Shown piece after piece: positions 40,340-50,632 of a stretch of DNA of 64,000 bases. Made by a program: the position numbers and the translations under genes. This stretch comes from Candidatus Eiseniibacteriota bacterium. GTDB lineage: Bacteria; Eisenbacteria; RBG-16-71-46; CAIMUX01; VGJL01. The stretch covers positions 640,001 through 704,000 of the forward strand of contig CAWBWI010000006.1 of NCBI GenBank assembly GCA_963792585.1, in the 5' to 3' direction. Below the pieces are notes generated by a model. It was not told the origin of the DNA. It made no database searches and worked only from the letters and a program-made list of their open reading frames with translations. How positions within the stretch are numbered: position 1 is the stretch's first letter; every line of letters starts with the position of its first letter.

Positions 40340-40581
40340 CAGCGGGCCTCAGAGACCGGGTCGGGCGCAGGGAAACGCGTTCGATCGTCGGCTGCGGGCG
40401 CTAGACTTGGAGCGGCCCGGAGAGGAGTGCCGGTTTTCTAGGCGGGGAGGCTCGAGACAGGTGAGCGCTCGACGAGAGGGCAACGCAAACCGCAGGGATC
40501 GTCGCGACCCGACATCGGAGGCTTCCTCTGCCGGCCGTCCGTGAGCTGCTCTCGGTCTGCTTCACGCCGATCCTGCAGGCC

Positions 40582-41283
40582 ATGCTCCTCTGGGTGCCCG
40601 TGTTCGTGGGATTCGTGCTCCTGCTCGGGATCGGTCTCTTCCGGTTCGGTCAGTCCAGAATCCGCAAGGCCGTGGCGGACGGATCAGGTCCGTTTCCTCG
40701 ATCCCGTATCTGGGCCGTGCGCCTGACCCTGGTCCTGACGCAGATCGTTTTTCTGCCGCTCGTTGCATTGGTCATGGCAGTCCCCTTCGCCCTCGAGCAG
40801 GGCGCCGCGCGGACCATCGAGTCCACGTCGACCAAGGTTCTGGACTGGGGGATGCGCACGGGCACCGACGCCCTCAAGGAGAAGTTCCAGATCGTCGATG
40901 ACACGGCCATCGTCGACCTCGCCCGAGTCGCGCCCATCCTGCGCTCCATCCCGCCTGCGGCCACGCGGGCCCGGGGATTCCTCGGCGTGCTCTCCACCGT
41001 TCCGAAGCTCGCGACCAATGCCTATTTCAGCGCGATCAACACCGTCGTCGAGCGGGCGGCGAAGGCGAATCTCCGTCTCACCTGGAACGACGTCTTCCGG
41101 TCCACCCGAACGCAGTTCGAAGCCATCTGGGGGGTCCACGCCCGCGTCATCGCGACGTTTCTGAGGGTCTCCTCGCTTCACTTCCTCCAGATCTTGGCGG
41201 TGACGGTCGCGATCGTCGATCCGGCATGCATCCTCCTCATTCTGTTGATGACGGGCCGCAGACCGGCGTCCCCCTCGTCATGA
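40582..41283 (+). CDS. Membrane protein, unknown (start may be upstream)
   Basis: Three hydrophobic segments. Confidence 0.65.
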   Translation: MLLWVPVFVGFVLLLGIGLFRFGQSRIRKAVADGSGPFPRSRIWAVRLTLVLTQIVFLPLVALVMAVPFALEQGAARTIESTSTKVLDWGMRTGTDALKEKFQIVDDTAIVDLARVAPILRSIPPAATRARGFLGVLSTVPKLATNAYFSAINTVVERAAKANLRLTWNDVFRSTRTQFEAIWGVHARVIATFLRVSSLHFLQILAVTVAIVDPACILLILLMTGRRPASPSS

Positions 41284-41443
41284 CAGCGTTCGGCTGTGGG
41301 GATGGCAGGAACACGAAGCCAGGCGATGCCGCGGAGGGCGCGTTCGTCTTCACGCGGAAGGACCGCGCGCTGCCCGGAATGGTCGGGCTCTTCCTCGTCG
41401 CCCGGCACGAAGAGCCTCTCCGGCCCGTGGGTCCATAGGTCAC

Positions 41444-42064
41444 ATGCTGCAGTCCGTTCTCATAGGCAGCGGGCTTGCGTTCTCTGCGGCACTCCAACCC
41501 GGACCGCTCCAGGCCTTTCTCCTCGCGCGGGTGGCGACCACCGGCTGGAGACGCACCCTTCCCGCGTGTCTGGCTCCTCTGATCAGCGACGGCCCTATCG
41601 CCGCGGTCGCCCTGCTCTTCCTGTCGCGACTCCCTCTCGCCGCGCAGCACGTCCTGCGCATGGCCGGCGGTCTCCTGCTTCTCTACCTCGCTTGGGGCAT
41701 CGCGCGGCAATGGCGGAATCCACCGCCGGTGGCGACGAAGACGTCCGGCCCGCGCACGATGCTCCAGGCGGCCGTGGTCAACATTCTCAACCCGAACCCG
41801 TATCTGGGCTGGACGTTCGTCCTCGGCCCGTCGGTCCTCAGCGCTTGGCGCCGCCAGCCGGCCACGGCCATCGCCTTGCTCGCCGCATTCTATGGAACCA
41901 TGGTCGTCATGCTGGCGGCACAGATCATCTTGGTCGGAACCTCCCGATTCCTGGGCCCCAAGGCGCAACGTGTGCTCGTCGGCATCTCAGCGCTCATTCT
42001 CGCCGGTTTGGGCATCTATCTCCTAGCCGACGGCGCCCGGCAACTCACTTCGATCGTCCGGTGA
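41444..42064 (+). CDS. LysE family translocator
   Basis: PGPLQ...SDGP...NILNPNPYLGW. Confidence 0.88.
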   Translation: MLQSVLIGSGLAFSAALQPGPLQAFLLARVATTGWRRTLPACLAPLISDGPIAAVALLFLSRLPLAAQHVLRMAGGLLLLYLAWGIARQWRNPPPVATKTSGPRTMLQAAVVNILNPNPYLGWTFVLGPSVLSAWRRQPATAIALLAAFYGTMVVMLAAQIILVGTSRFLGPKAQRVLVGISALILAGLGIYLLADGARQLTSIVR

Positions 42065-42119
42065 AGCTCCCCGCAGAACTCCTCTGGACCCGTCCGGATG
42101 GGCTCCATACACTTCGAGC

Positions 42120-42488
42120 ATGGCCTCGAGCTACGAGGATCACATTCTCCGTCAGATCCGCGCGTTCGCCGCGGCTTTGGCCCGGATCATGGGGCTGCGC
42201 AACGCTGGTCTGATCGAAGAGGCGCGCGTCGCGCTCGATCACGAATACCAATCCCTTGTCGGCGACCAGCATGATGTCTTGCGATCGGTCGATGCCGTCA
42301 CGGCAGCGCACATGCTCAACGTTCCAGGACGCATTGCCGCCTACGCACGATTGGTCCATGAGGAGGCGGCGTTGACTGCCGACGCCACAGCGGCTTCGGC
42401 CCTTCGCCGGCGCTCCCTCGAACTGGCCCTCGAGGCCCTGCAACGCGGCTACGAGGACGAGACGTTCCCCCGTTCGTCCGAGAGCTGA
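42120..42488 (+). CDS. Hypothetical protein (DUF6483-like)
   Basis: EDHILRQIRAF N-terminus. Confidence 0.65.
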   Translation: MASSYEDHILRQIRAFAAALARIMGLRNAGLIEEARVALDHEYQSLVGDQHDVLRSVDAVTAAHMLNVPGRIAAYARLVHEEAALTADATAASALRRRSLELALEALQRGYEDETFPRSSES

Positions 42489-42720
42489 CCCCGGGGGTCG
42501 ACGTGGCTTCCCTCACGAGCGCGCACCAAGACCAGCTCCGTATCATCCGGTATTCGTAAGAGCCTAGACGACGGCGATGCCCGCGCCGACGGCTCGGGGA
42601 GGTGCGCCCGGCAATCCCCTCGCCCGCCGCGCTTCGATGGCGTAGGCTCCAGCGCTGGAGACCGTGCATGGCGGCTCCGGCCGTCCCCGAGCGGGGCGGC
42701 ATCCGTCTCCGGAGGTCCGT

Positions 42721-43236
42721 GTGAATCGACGTCTTCGCAAGAAGCTGAAAGTAGGGGAATTCCGGCAACTCGGATTCCGCGTAACCATTGTCTGCGCCGG
42801 GGCGGCGACCACCGACGATTTCGACGCCCTGGCCCGGGAATGGCTCTTCGAAATCTGTGATCGGCTCGGTCTGGAGCGGTGCATGGCAGGGTGGCCGCCG
42901 CACTATGCCGAGCTCTTTGCGGTGCGGAACCAGGGATCCACCTCGGAGGAGGATCGGCGATCGGTCTCCGACTGGCTCCGCCATCGCTCCGGCGTGATGC
43001 GGTTCAACGTCGGGCCGCTCGTCGACGTGACGCACGACCCGCTGGAGAACGACGACCCGCTCTGGGACTCCGGGCGAGGACCCTTTCACTATCTCGCGAT
43101 CCCGAACGCGCCGCGCGGCACCCGGCTGACATGCAGCCGGCCTTTCCTCGCATGGCTATCGAGAGATTACGACCTCAACGGACCGATCTCCCAGCGGGCG
43201 CCGGGCGTCATCCGGGGAGTGATTCGTCCGGCATAG
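42721..43236 (+). CDS. YggL/DUF469-like protein with C-terminal extension
   Basis: NRRLRKKLKVGEFRQLGF...SEEDR..V.DWL...VGPLVD. Confidence 0.75.
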   Translation: MNRRLRKKLKVGEFRQLGFRVTIVCAGAATTDDFDALAREWLFEICDRLGLERCMAGWPPHYAELFAVRNQGSTSEEDRRSVSDWLRHRSGVMRFNVGPLVDVTHDPLENDDPLWDSGRGPFHYLAIPNAPRGTRLTCSRPFLAWLSRDYDLNGPISQRAPGVIRGVIRPA

Positions 43237-43374
43237 GATCACCATCCGCAGAGGACCGGTCATGGAAACGAGTTACCTGCAACAGCGGTTCGACGCCCCG
43301 GCAGAGGCGCCGGCGAGCCTGTTGGGAGCGGGCGGCGAGGATGGCGCCTCGGACTCCCCGGGGAAGGACGCTCC

Positions 43375-43950
43375 GTGACCAAAGGGCGGCTCGAAGCCTT
43401 CAGCGACGGCGTTCTCGCCATCATCATCACGATCATGGTGCTCGAGCTTCATGTGCCGCATCACGCCGATCTGGCGGCCCTCCGGCCTTTACTCCCCGTC
43501 CTCATGAGCTATGCCCTGAGCTTCGTCTACCTCGGCATCTACTGGAACAACCACCACCACATGCTCCAGGCGGTGACCAGGGTGAACGGCCGAGTCCTGT
43601 GGGCCAATCTCCACCTCCTGTTCTGGCTCTCCCTCGTTCCCTTCGTCACTGGCTGGATCGGAGAGACCCGTTTCGCGGCATTGCCCGTGGCGCTCTACGG
43701 AGGCGTGCTCCTGCTCGCAGCGATCGCCTATTACATCCTCGCCCGCAGCCTGGTTTCGCTTCACGGCGCCGACTCCGTGATCGCACGAGCGCTCGGGCGG
43801 GACTTCAAAGGCAAGATCTCGATCGTGATCTACATTGCCTCCATGCCGCTCGCCTTTCTCAGGCCGGCCCTCGCCCTCGCGCTGTTCGTGGTCGTCGCAA
43901 TCATGTGGCTCGTCCCCGACCCCAGGATCGAAAAGACCCTGGGTGTTTGA
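43375..43950 (+). CDS. TMEM175 family K+ channel
   Basis: RLEAFSDGVLAIIITIMVLEL; YWNNHHH. Confidence 0.92.
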   Translation: MTKGRLEAFSDGVLAIIITIMVLELHVPHHADLAALRPLLPVLMSYALSFVYLGIYWNNHHHMLQAVTRVNGRVLWANLHLLFWLSLVPFVTGWIGETRFAALPVALYGGVLLLAAIAYYILARSLVSLHGADSVIARALGRDFKGKISIVIYIASMPLAFLRPALALALFVVVAIMWLVPDPRIEKTLGV

Positions 43951-43966
43951 TGTACAAGGAGTAAGC

Positions 43967-44485
43967 GTGAAGGGAATCTTCGATCATATCGACGAGGAAC
44001 TGCAGATCGTGCAGCCGAATGCTTTGCGATGGCGGTTCGAAATCCGAACCGGGGATTCGATTGTCGCGAGTCTGTCATTCCACCGCTTCCTTGGATCGAA
44101 GGCGTACGTGGAGAGCGAGAACGGCTGCTGGACGTTTCGCAGGACAGGGTTTCTGCCCAAGCGCATCTCGATCCGGGTCGCCGGTCAGGAGACGGAGATC
44201 GCCGGTTACGTGGAGAACATGTGGACCAAAGGAGGAACTCTGCGACTGCTCGACGGGAGAGCGTTCGTGGTGCGCGCCAACTTCTGGCTGACTCGCTTCG
44301 AAATCCTCTCGGCGGATGGTTCCTCGATCGTTCGGTACAGCGGGATCCGAGGACTTCTCCATCGGTCCGCCGCTGTTCGGATTCTGCCGGAGGCCGGCGC
44401 GCTGGAGGAATTGCCCTGGCTCGTTCCGCTCGGGTGGTACATCGCCGTCATTGCATTGCGGAACCGTTCGGCGAGAGCCGGTTGA
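43967..44485 (+). CDS. Hypothetical protein
   Basis: AAGGAG RBS + GTG; WTFRRTGF. Confidence 0.7.
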   Translation: MKGIFDHIDEELQIVQPNALRWRFEIRTGDSIVASLSFHRFLGSKAYVESENGCWTFRRTGFLPKRISIRVAGQETEIAGYVENMWTKGGTLRLLDGRAFVVRANFWLTRFEILSADGSSIVRYSGIRGLLHRSAAVRILPEAGALEELPWLVPLGWYIAVIALRNRSARAG

Positions 44486-44568
44486 TGACTATCGCGCCGC
44501 ACCGCCCTGTGATGCCGCGCCATGAAGCTCTTTGCGGTAGTCAAACGGGCCTATTCTGGAGGTGATCT

Positions 44569-45081
44569 ATGAACCGAAGCTTGTTGACTGTGTCGCTGAT
44601 CTTGTTGGTCCTCTTGGCCGGTGGCTGTCCCTACGACGCCAAGGCCCCTCTCGGCGATCCCGACCCCGCCCGTTTCGACAAGGGGCTGCTCGGCTTCTGG
44701 TCCGGGGAGGACACCAAGGACGGATCCCCGGTGCAGATACGGGTCCTGCCATTCAACACGACCGAGTACTACATCGAGCTCCGCGATAAAGAAGGCGACC
44801 TGACGCGGCTGCGCGCCTACCAGGTCGAGGTGGGTGGACGTCCCTTGCTCCAGATCAATGAGATCGATCCGGACGGTGCCGCCCCGCAATCGTATACTCT
44901 CGCCCGATACTCCATCGGCGCCGACAGCGCGATGACCGTGCATCTCGTCGGGGAACAGATCGTCCCGAAGGAAGCGGCAGCGGATCCGAAGGCGCTGCGC
45001 GAATTCCTGACCGCGCACTGGGAGGATCCGGCCCTGGACGACCCCGACACGGGTCTGATCCTCCGGCCGTCGAAGCCGTAG
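44569..45081 (+). CDS. Lipoprotein
   Basis: Lipobox LAGGC; GGAGG RBS. Confidence 0.8.
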   Translation: MNRSLLTVSLILLVLLAGGCPYDAKAPLGDPDPARFDKGLLGFWSGEDTKDGSPVQIRVLPFNTTEYYIELRDKEGDLTRLRAYQVEVGGRPLLQINEIDPDGAAPQSYTLARYSIGADSAMTVHLVGEQIVPKEAAADPKALREFLTAHWEDPALDDPDTGLILRPSKP

Positions 45082-45159
45082 GCTCGGCATTCGAGTGACT
45101 TGCTGGGTCCGATCGGATAGGAAATCGACCGCATATAGGACAAGGGATCGGAGGTCCGG

Positions 45160-45585
45160 GTGACGTCGAGCGCGCCGAAGAAACCGACAACACCGCCGTC
45201 GCCGGCTCAGGTCGCGACGCTTCTGGGGAGGACTGCGCCGCTCTGGGAGCAACTCCACGCGGTCCTGACGACGACATTCGGCCCACTCTTGGAGAAGTGG
45301 TCCTATTCTGCCAAGACGGAGCGCTGGTCGGTCCAACTGAAGGAATCGCGGAAGAAACGGACGATTCTGTACGCGATCCCCTGTTCGAAGCATTTCATCG
45401 CGGCCTTCGCGCTGGGCGAGAAGGCCTGCGTGGCGTGCCACGGGGCAGGTCTCCCGGACGCCGTTCTGGGCATCATCGAACAGGCGCCCCGGTATCCTGA
45501 GGGACGTGGGGTCTGGCTCGAGGTTCACAACAAGCGGGAGCTCGAGGCGGCCCTCAAGGTCGCCTCCATCAAGATGGCGAACTGA
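45160..45585 (+). CDS. DUF3788-like protein
   Basis: KKRTILY...RYPEGRG. Confidence 0.75.
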   Translation: MTSSAPKKPTTPPSPAQVATLLGRTAPLWEQLHAVLTTTFGPLLEKWSYSAKTERWSVQLKESRKKRTILYAIPCSKHFIAAFALGEKACVACHGAGLPDAVLGIIEQAPRYPEGRGVWLEVHNKRELEAALKVASIKMAN

Positions 45586-45650
45586 TCCAACATGATCCAC
45601 GTGCGCGTGCTGCGCCGCCCCGGCCGGCGGCGAGATGGCGAGGCAGCAAA

Positions 45651-46130
45651 ATGAGCTCACTTCAAGCCGCGGCGCGCGAATTCCTCGCGCAGAGACGGAT
45701 CGCCGTCGCGGGCGTGTCGCGCGATCCGAAGCAAACGGCCAATTTCATCTACCGCAGATTGCGGGAGGGCGGACGTGACGTCTTCGCCGTGAACCCGAAT
45801 GCGGATCGGGTCGAGGGGGATCCGAGCTACGCCCATGTCGGGGCAATCCCGGGAGGTGTGGATGCCGTCGTCATCGCCACCCGTCCGGAGATCGCCGAGC
45901 AGATCGTACAAGACTGCCTCGCGGCCGGGATTCGAAGGGTATGGATGCACCGCTCCTTCGGGCACGGGAGCGTGTCGGCGCCGGCTGCGGCCGTCGGCCG
46001 GCGCGGCGGGATGCTTGTCATCGACGGCGCGTGCCCGATGATGTACCTCGAACCGGTCGACTTCTTTCACAGGTGCGCACGGTGGATCCTGGGAGTGACC
46101 GGCCACCTGCCCCGACCGGAGGCGACATGA
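45651..46130 (+). CDS. CoA-binding protein
   Basis: IAVAGVSR...VWMHRSFG...GACPMM. Confidence 0.88.
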   Translation: MSSLQAAAREFLAQRRIAVAGVSRDPKQTANFIYRRLREGGRDVFAVNPNADRVEGDPSYAHVGAIPGGVDAVVIATRPEIAEQIVQDCLAAGIRRVWMHRSFGHGSVSAPAAAVGRRGGMLVIDGACPMMYLEPVDFFHRCARWILGVTGHLPRPEAT

Positions 46131-46669
46131 AGGCTGCTCTTCCATCGGGGGTTCTCCGCGCTGGCGGCCGCGTCTATCTGCGACGCCCCCGCCTCCGGGA
46201 TCGGGACACCTTCCTCCAGCTCGTCCGGTCGAGTCGCGCTTACCATCGCCCGTGGGCCCATCCGCCGCAGGACGCCGAGAGCTACGCCTCATTCGTCAAG
46301 AGCTGCCGTTCGCCGCGATGCGCCGGCATCCTCGCGTGGTTACGGGAGGACGACGCCCTGGTCGGCGTCTTCGTCCTGAGCGAGATCGTGCGGGGTTGTT
46401 TCCAGAGCGCCTATCTCGGCTATTACGGGCACGCGTCGCATGCGGGAAAGGGTCTCATGACCGAGGCTCTCCGGCTGACAACCGAGTATGCCTTCCGGGA
46501 TCTAGGCTTGCACCGAGTCGAGGCCAACATCCAACCGGGCAACGTGCAGTCGATTGCGCTCGTCAAGCGATGCGGTTTCCGTCTCGAGGGATACTCCCCT
46601 CGCTACCTCAAGATCGCGAATCAATGGCGGGACCACCTACGCTGGACCTTGCTGCGAGACGATCGCTGA
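46127..46669 (+). CDS. GNAT acetyltransferase (RimJ-like)
   Basis: FQSAYLGY...LHRVEANIQPGN. Confidence 0.9.
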   Translation: MKAALPSGVLRAGGRVYLRRPRLRDRDTFLQLVRSSRAYHRPWAHPPQDAESYASFVKSCRSPRCAGILAWLREDDALVGVFVLSEIVRGCFQSAYLGYYGHASHAGKGLMTEALRLTTEYAFRDLGLHRVEANIQPGNVQSIALVKRCGFRLEGYSPRYLKIANQWRDHLRWTLLRDDR

Positions 46670-46670
46670 G

Positions 46671-47351
46671 ATGGCGACCTTCGACGAGATGCTCGCAGGA
46701 ATCCGGCCGGCCGTCATCCTGGATGTCGGATGCGGATGCGGGGACCGGACGCTACACCTTTGCCGACACGCGCCCCGCGTCATCGGGGTCGATGTCATGA
46801 CGCCGCCCCACAGGCGCTGGGCTCCGATTCGGAAACCCGCGGAGCTCGAGTTTGGCTGCATGGACGCCCGCCGGCTCGGCTTCCCGGACGCGTGTTTCCC
46901 GCTCGTGCTCGAGAGGGACTCCCTGCACCACATCGATGACTGGAAAGGCGCGCTGGAGGAGATGATCCGGGTGTCTTACGACGCGATCCTCATCGATGAA
47001 CCTGTGGATGATCTGAGGACGATCGAGAAGACGCGATCCTACGAAGCACAGTGCCTCTTTCTCGAGCTCCAGCAGGAGGTCGGGTACTCCCACTTCCGAC
47101 ATCTGGCCCCGGAAGCACTCATCACGACCATCGGCGAGCGCGTATCGATCGTGGCCGCCCACGTCGAGACATGTGACACACCGGTATCCTTCGAGGCGTT
47201 CTTCGAATCCTACGACGTATTTGCGCAACGGAGCGGGCGGGCGGACTACTGGCGTGAACGCAGAGAGGCATTCCGGGCCACATTGGGGACGACTCAGCTG
47301 TGCGATGATGACAGGCTCACGATTCTTGCCACAAAGCGGCCGCGGGGTTGA
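46671..47351 (+). CDS. Class I SAM methyltransferase
   Basis: ILDVGCGCG. Confidence 0.85.
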   Translation: MATFDEMLAGIRPAVILDVGCGCGDRTLHLCRHAPRVIGVDVMTPPHRRWAPIRKPAELEFGCMDARRLGFPDACFPLVLERDSLHHIDDWKGALEEMIRVSYDAILIDEPVDDLRTIEKTRSYEAQCLFLELQQEVGYSHFRHLAPEALITTIGERVSIVAAHVETCDTPVSFEAFFESYDVFAQRSGRADYWRERREAFRATLGTTQLCDDDRLTILATKRPRG

Positions 47352-47381
47352 GCCGAGTTTCACGAAAGGCGGGTACAATCG

Positions 47382-47924
47382 ATGCGTCGGATAGGGTGGA
47401 CCCTTTGGATCGGGATGGTGTTTCTGCCAATGGTAGCGTACGGCGAAGTCGTCGACAGCAGACTCGACGGCTTCGAAGCCAAATTGGAAGTTTCGATTTC
47501 AGCACCCCCGGACAGCGTATATCGAGCCCTGGTCTACGGGATCGGCTCATGGTGGGATGCAGAGCACACGTGGTCGGGGGATCCGAAGAACCTCTCGATC
47601 GATCCCAGGCCCGGCGGTTGCTTCTGCGAAAAGCTCCCGGACGGCGGGGGCGTGCAGCATCTCACGGTTGTCTATGTCGCACCCGGCAAGCTCCTACGGA
47701 TGACGGGAGTCCTCGGCCCGCTCCAGGCATCCGGCCTGACGGGAACCATGACCTGGGAATTCCAGGAGGCTCTCGGTGGAACGAACGTCGTTGAAACCTA
47801 TAGCGTCGGCGGATACTTCCAGGGTGGTCTCCAGTCGCTCGCGCCGGTCGTTGACTCCGTCTTGCTTGGCCAGCTCATGAGACTCAAGGGCTTCGTCGAG
47901 ACCGGAGGCGTTGAAACAAAGTGA
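47382..47924 (+). CDS. Secreted SRPBCC family protein
   Basis: WWDAEHTWSG...GGCFCE...LGPLQ. Confidence 0.85.
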   Translation: MRRIGWTLWIGMVFLPMVAYGEVVDSRLDGFEAKLEVSISAPPDSVYRALVYGIGSWWDAEHTWSGDPKNLSIDPRPGGCFCEKLPDGGGVQHLTVVYVAPGKLLRMTGVLGPLQASGLTGTMTWEFQEALGGTNVVETYSVGGYFQGGLQSLAPVVDSVLLGQLMRLKGFVETGGVETK

Positions 47925-48016
47925 CGGGCGCGGGCGCCGGGTGTATTCTCCCTAGTCGTCGTAGCGTGTTCCCGTATTGTCCGGAGCCCCGACCGGGCGA
48001 ATCTATGGAGGGAGCC

Positions 48017-48238
48017 ATGCCCGATGCGATTTGTGTCCGCGTCTTCCCCAGCCGCGAAGAGGCCCAGCTTGCGAAGGGGATCCTCGAGGATATCGACATC
48101 GAAGCCTTCCTCTTGTCCGAGGCGGAAGGAGATGCGCGGCGCGATACCCCTGCCGCGGCCGACCAGGTCAAGCTGATGGTCGCGGCCCGGGACGCCGCCC
48201 GCGCCCGCAGCGTGCTTCGGGGCGGATCGAGGTCCTAG
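48017..48238 (+). CDS. DUF2007-like small protein
   Basis: EAQLAKGILE..DIEA...VKLMV. Confidence 0.75.
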   Translation: MPDAICVRVFPSREEAQLAKGILEDIDIEAFLLSEAEGDARRDTPAAADQVKLMVAARDAARARSVLRGGSRS

Positions 48239-48395
48239 CCTTCGACCTGGAGAATCCTCCGGCTCATCCAGCCCGGCTATCGATGGGCGATGCACCCGTA
48301 AGAAGCGCCCGACATCGGACACTCCTGCAGCGTCCCGTTCTTCCTGTACAATCTCACGGGGCGAAGACCGGGGTGGGTCAGTCTGGAGGGTCCGA

Positions 48396-48737
48396 ATGCG
48401 CACGGCGGTTTGGATCGGAGCGCTCGCGGTCGTCCTGGCATGCGGGTGCGGCGATGACGGGACGAATCCCGGAGGCGGCGGCTACTCCGACGTCCGCTTC
48501 CTGTCGGGGACGCCGGTCCACGGCGAGTTTCCCACCTACATGGGGGCGGTGCGCAACTTCGGCAACCGCCCGGCCTGCACGGTCGTCCTTCAGTTTCACT
48601 GGGAAGGCCAGAGCCGGACCCTGAGCCGGCCCGACCCGCTGCAGCCCGGAGACGATTGGGAGTTCACGATCCACTTCGAGGGACCCATCAATTCCGGGAT
48701 CCCGGAGCGGGCGATCACGGTCGGCCGCTGTCTCTGA
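48396..48737 (+). CDS. Lipoprotein
   Basis: LACGC lipobox; GGAGG RBS. Confidence 0.7.
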   Translation: MRTAVWIGALAVVLACGCGDDGTNPGGGGYSDVRFLSGTPVHGEFPTYMGAVRNFGNRPACTVVLQFHWEGQSRTLSRPDPLQPGDDWEFTIHFEGPINSGIPERAITVGRCL

Positions 48738-48779
48738 TCGGCTTCCACGAATGACGGACTTCGCTATGGCGGAAATTGG

Positions 48780-49631
48780 ATGGGGGCGTCCGGTGTGACG
48801 TCCGCGCAGCCGCTCCGCGTGCGGCGCTACGGCGCCGCGGGCCCGCTTGTCATCGTCCTCCACGGGGGGCCGGCCGCTCCTGGGGAGGCGGCGCCGCTCG
48901 CGAGGGGTCTTGGGGGGACCTTTCACGTCCTGGAGCCGTGGCAGCGAGGGAGCGGAGCGTCGCCGCTGACCGTCGCGACCCACATCGAGGATCTCCGGGA
49001 CTTGATCTCCGACAACTGTGGGGAACCGCCGCCGACGCTCGTCGGCGAATCGTGGGGCGCAATGCTCGCCCTCGCCTTTGCCGCCGCGCATCCTGAGGCG
49101 AGCGGTCCGATCGTCCTCGTGGGGTGCGGCACCTTCGACGGTGTGTCCCGGGCGCGGATGAAGGAAATCCTGGAAGAACGGACCGATCCGGAGCTGCGAC
49201 GGCGTCTGGAGCGCCTTGCGCTCGAGTGCCCGGATCCAGGCGAGCGCCTCTTCAGGAAGCACGAGCTGACGCGGGCGCTTTACACAGTCGACCCCATCGA
49301 GGAGGGGCCCCCCGACCCCGAGATCCCATCGTTCGATCCCCGCGCCCACGCAGAGACCTGGGCCGACATGCTGCGGCTGCAGGAGGCCGGGGTATACCCT
49401 GCCGCGTTCGCGGCGATCCGATCGCCCGTCCTCATGCTCCACGGCACCTACGACCCCCATCCGGGCGGAATGATCCGGGCAAGTCTCGCGCCGTGCATTC
49501 CACAGCTCGAATACCGCGAGTGGGAACGGTGTGGACACAGCCCGTGGATGGAGCGGCCCGTTCGGGACGAGTTCTTTGCCGTCCTCCGGGAGTGGATCGC
49601 ATCTCATGCCGGTCACTCTCCGGGTGCTTGA
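48780..49631 (+). CDS. Alpha/beta hydrolase
   Basis: LHGGP; GESWG; CGHSPW. Confidence 0.9.
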   Translation: MGASGVTSAQPLRVRRYGAAGPLVIVLHGGPAAPGEAAPLARGLGGTFHVLEPWQRGSGASPLTVATHIEDLRDLISDNCGEPPPTLVGESWGAMLALAFAAAHPEASGPIVLVGCGTFDGVSRARMKEILEERTDPELRRRLERLALECPDPGERLFRKHELTRALYTVDPIEEGPPDPEIPSFDPRAHAETWADMLRLQEAGVYPAAFAAIRSPVLMLHGTYDPHPGGMIRASLAPCIPQLEYREWERCGHSPWMERPVRDEFFAVLREWIASHAGHSPGA

Positions 49632-49882
49632 CGATTCCGAACGTCCGGGCCCTCCTGTCCCCTCTTCTTTTTCGATGTCGCCCGAAGGAAGCTCTGTTAT
49701 TGTTTTCGCCATCGTCCCGCGCGGTCACGCGGTCGCCGCCCAGCCGAACGTTCAATTCGTGGAGGTCTTGAGGCGAATGCTGCAGGCGAGGTCCCGGAAT
49801 CGGATCCCGTCATCGCTCTCTTCGTTCGAGTTCCGTACATGAGGGTCGCGACATCGCCGGCCGGCGCCAATAAGGAGGTGTC

Positions 49883-50392
49883 GTGGACGTTCAGTCCATT
49901 CTGATCACACAGTACCGTGCGGCCCTGCGGATGACCCGCTCGGCGGTGACGGCATGTCCGGAGTCGCTGTGGACGGACGGCTCCTTCAAGAACCGTTTCT
50001 GGCACGTGGCATACCACACGCTCCACTACGCGCATCTCTACCTCGGCCGGTCGGTGGAGAGCTTCGTACCCTGGGAGAAGGCCCGGCCGGAATACCAGTA
50101 CTTGGGCCCCGTGCCGTGGCCACCCCACGCGGAGCCGAAGATCGGAGAGCCTTACGACAAGGCCGAGATTCTGGAGTTCGGGCAGTTGGTGGCGGCGATG
50201 GTCGCGCGGCAGGTGCGGGACATTCCGCTGGACGAGCCGTCCGGCTTCGCCTGGCTACCGTTTTCCCGACTCGAGCTACACGTCTACGGGATCCGGCACA
50301 TACAGCATCACACGGGCCAGCTCATCGACCGGATCCGCGAACGTTGCGGAACCGGTGTCGAGTGGATCGGAATAGAGCAGGAAGAACCCTGA
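49883..50392 (+). CDS. DinB family protein
   Basis: FWHVAYHTL...RHIQHHTGQL. Confidence 0.88.
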   Translation: MDVQSILITQYRAALRMTRSAVTACPESLWTDGSFKNRFWHVAYHTLHYAHLYLGRSVESFVPWEKARPEYQYLGPVPWPPHAEPKIGEPYDKAEILEFGQLVAAMVARQVRDIPLDEPSGFAWLPFSRLELHVYGIRHIQHHTGQLIDRIRERCGTGVEWIGIEQEEP

Positions 50393-50632
50393 TACGTTCG
50401 AATCCGCGGTCAGGATGGGGCATCTCGCCGCATCTCCCGAGCGCCAGGAGGTCGCATTGACGACTTGGGACCGTCTTCTCCACGAGGTGGAGGCCAACGC
50501 ATCGGAGCCGGCCCGGCCGCGAGCTTTCCGGAATCGGCCCCTCGAATCGCACAGTCCCCCTGCCTTCCATGCGCCTTCTCGCCGGCACGAGACGGAAGTG
50601 GCGGCAACGGATGCGGGACGGATGGAGGGAGC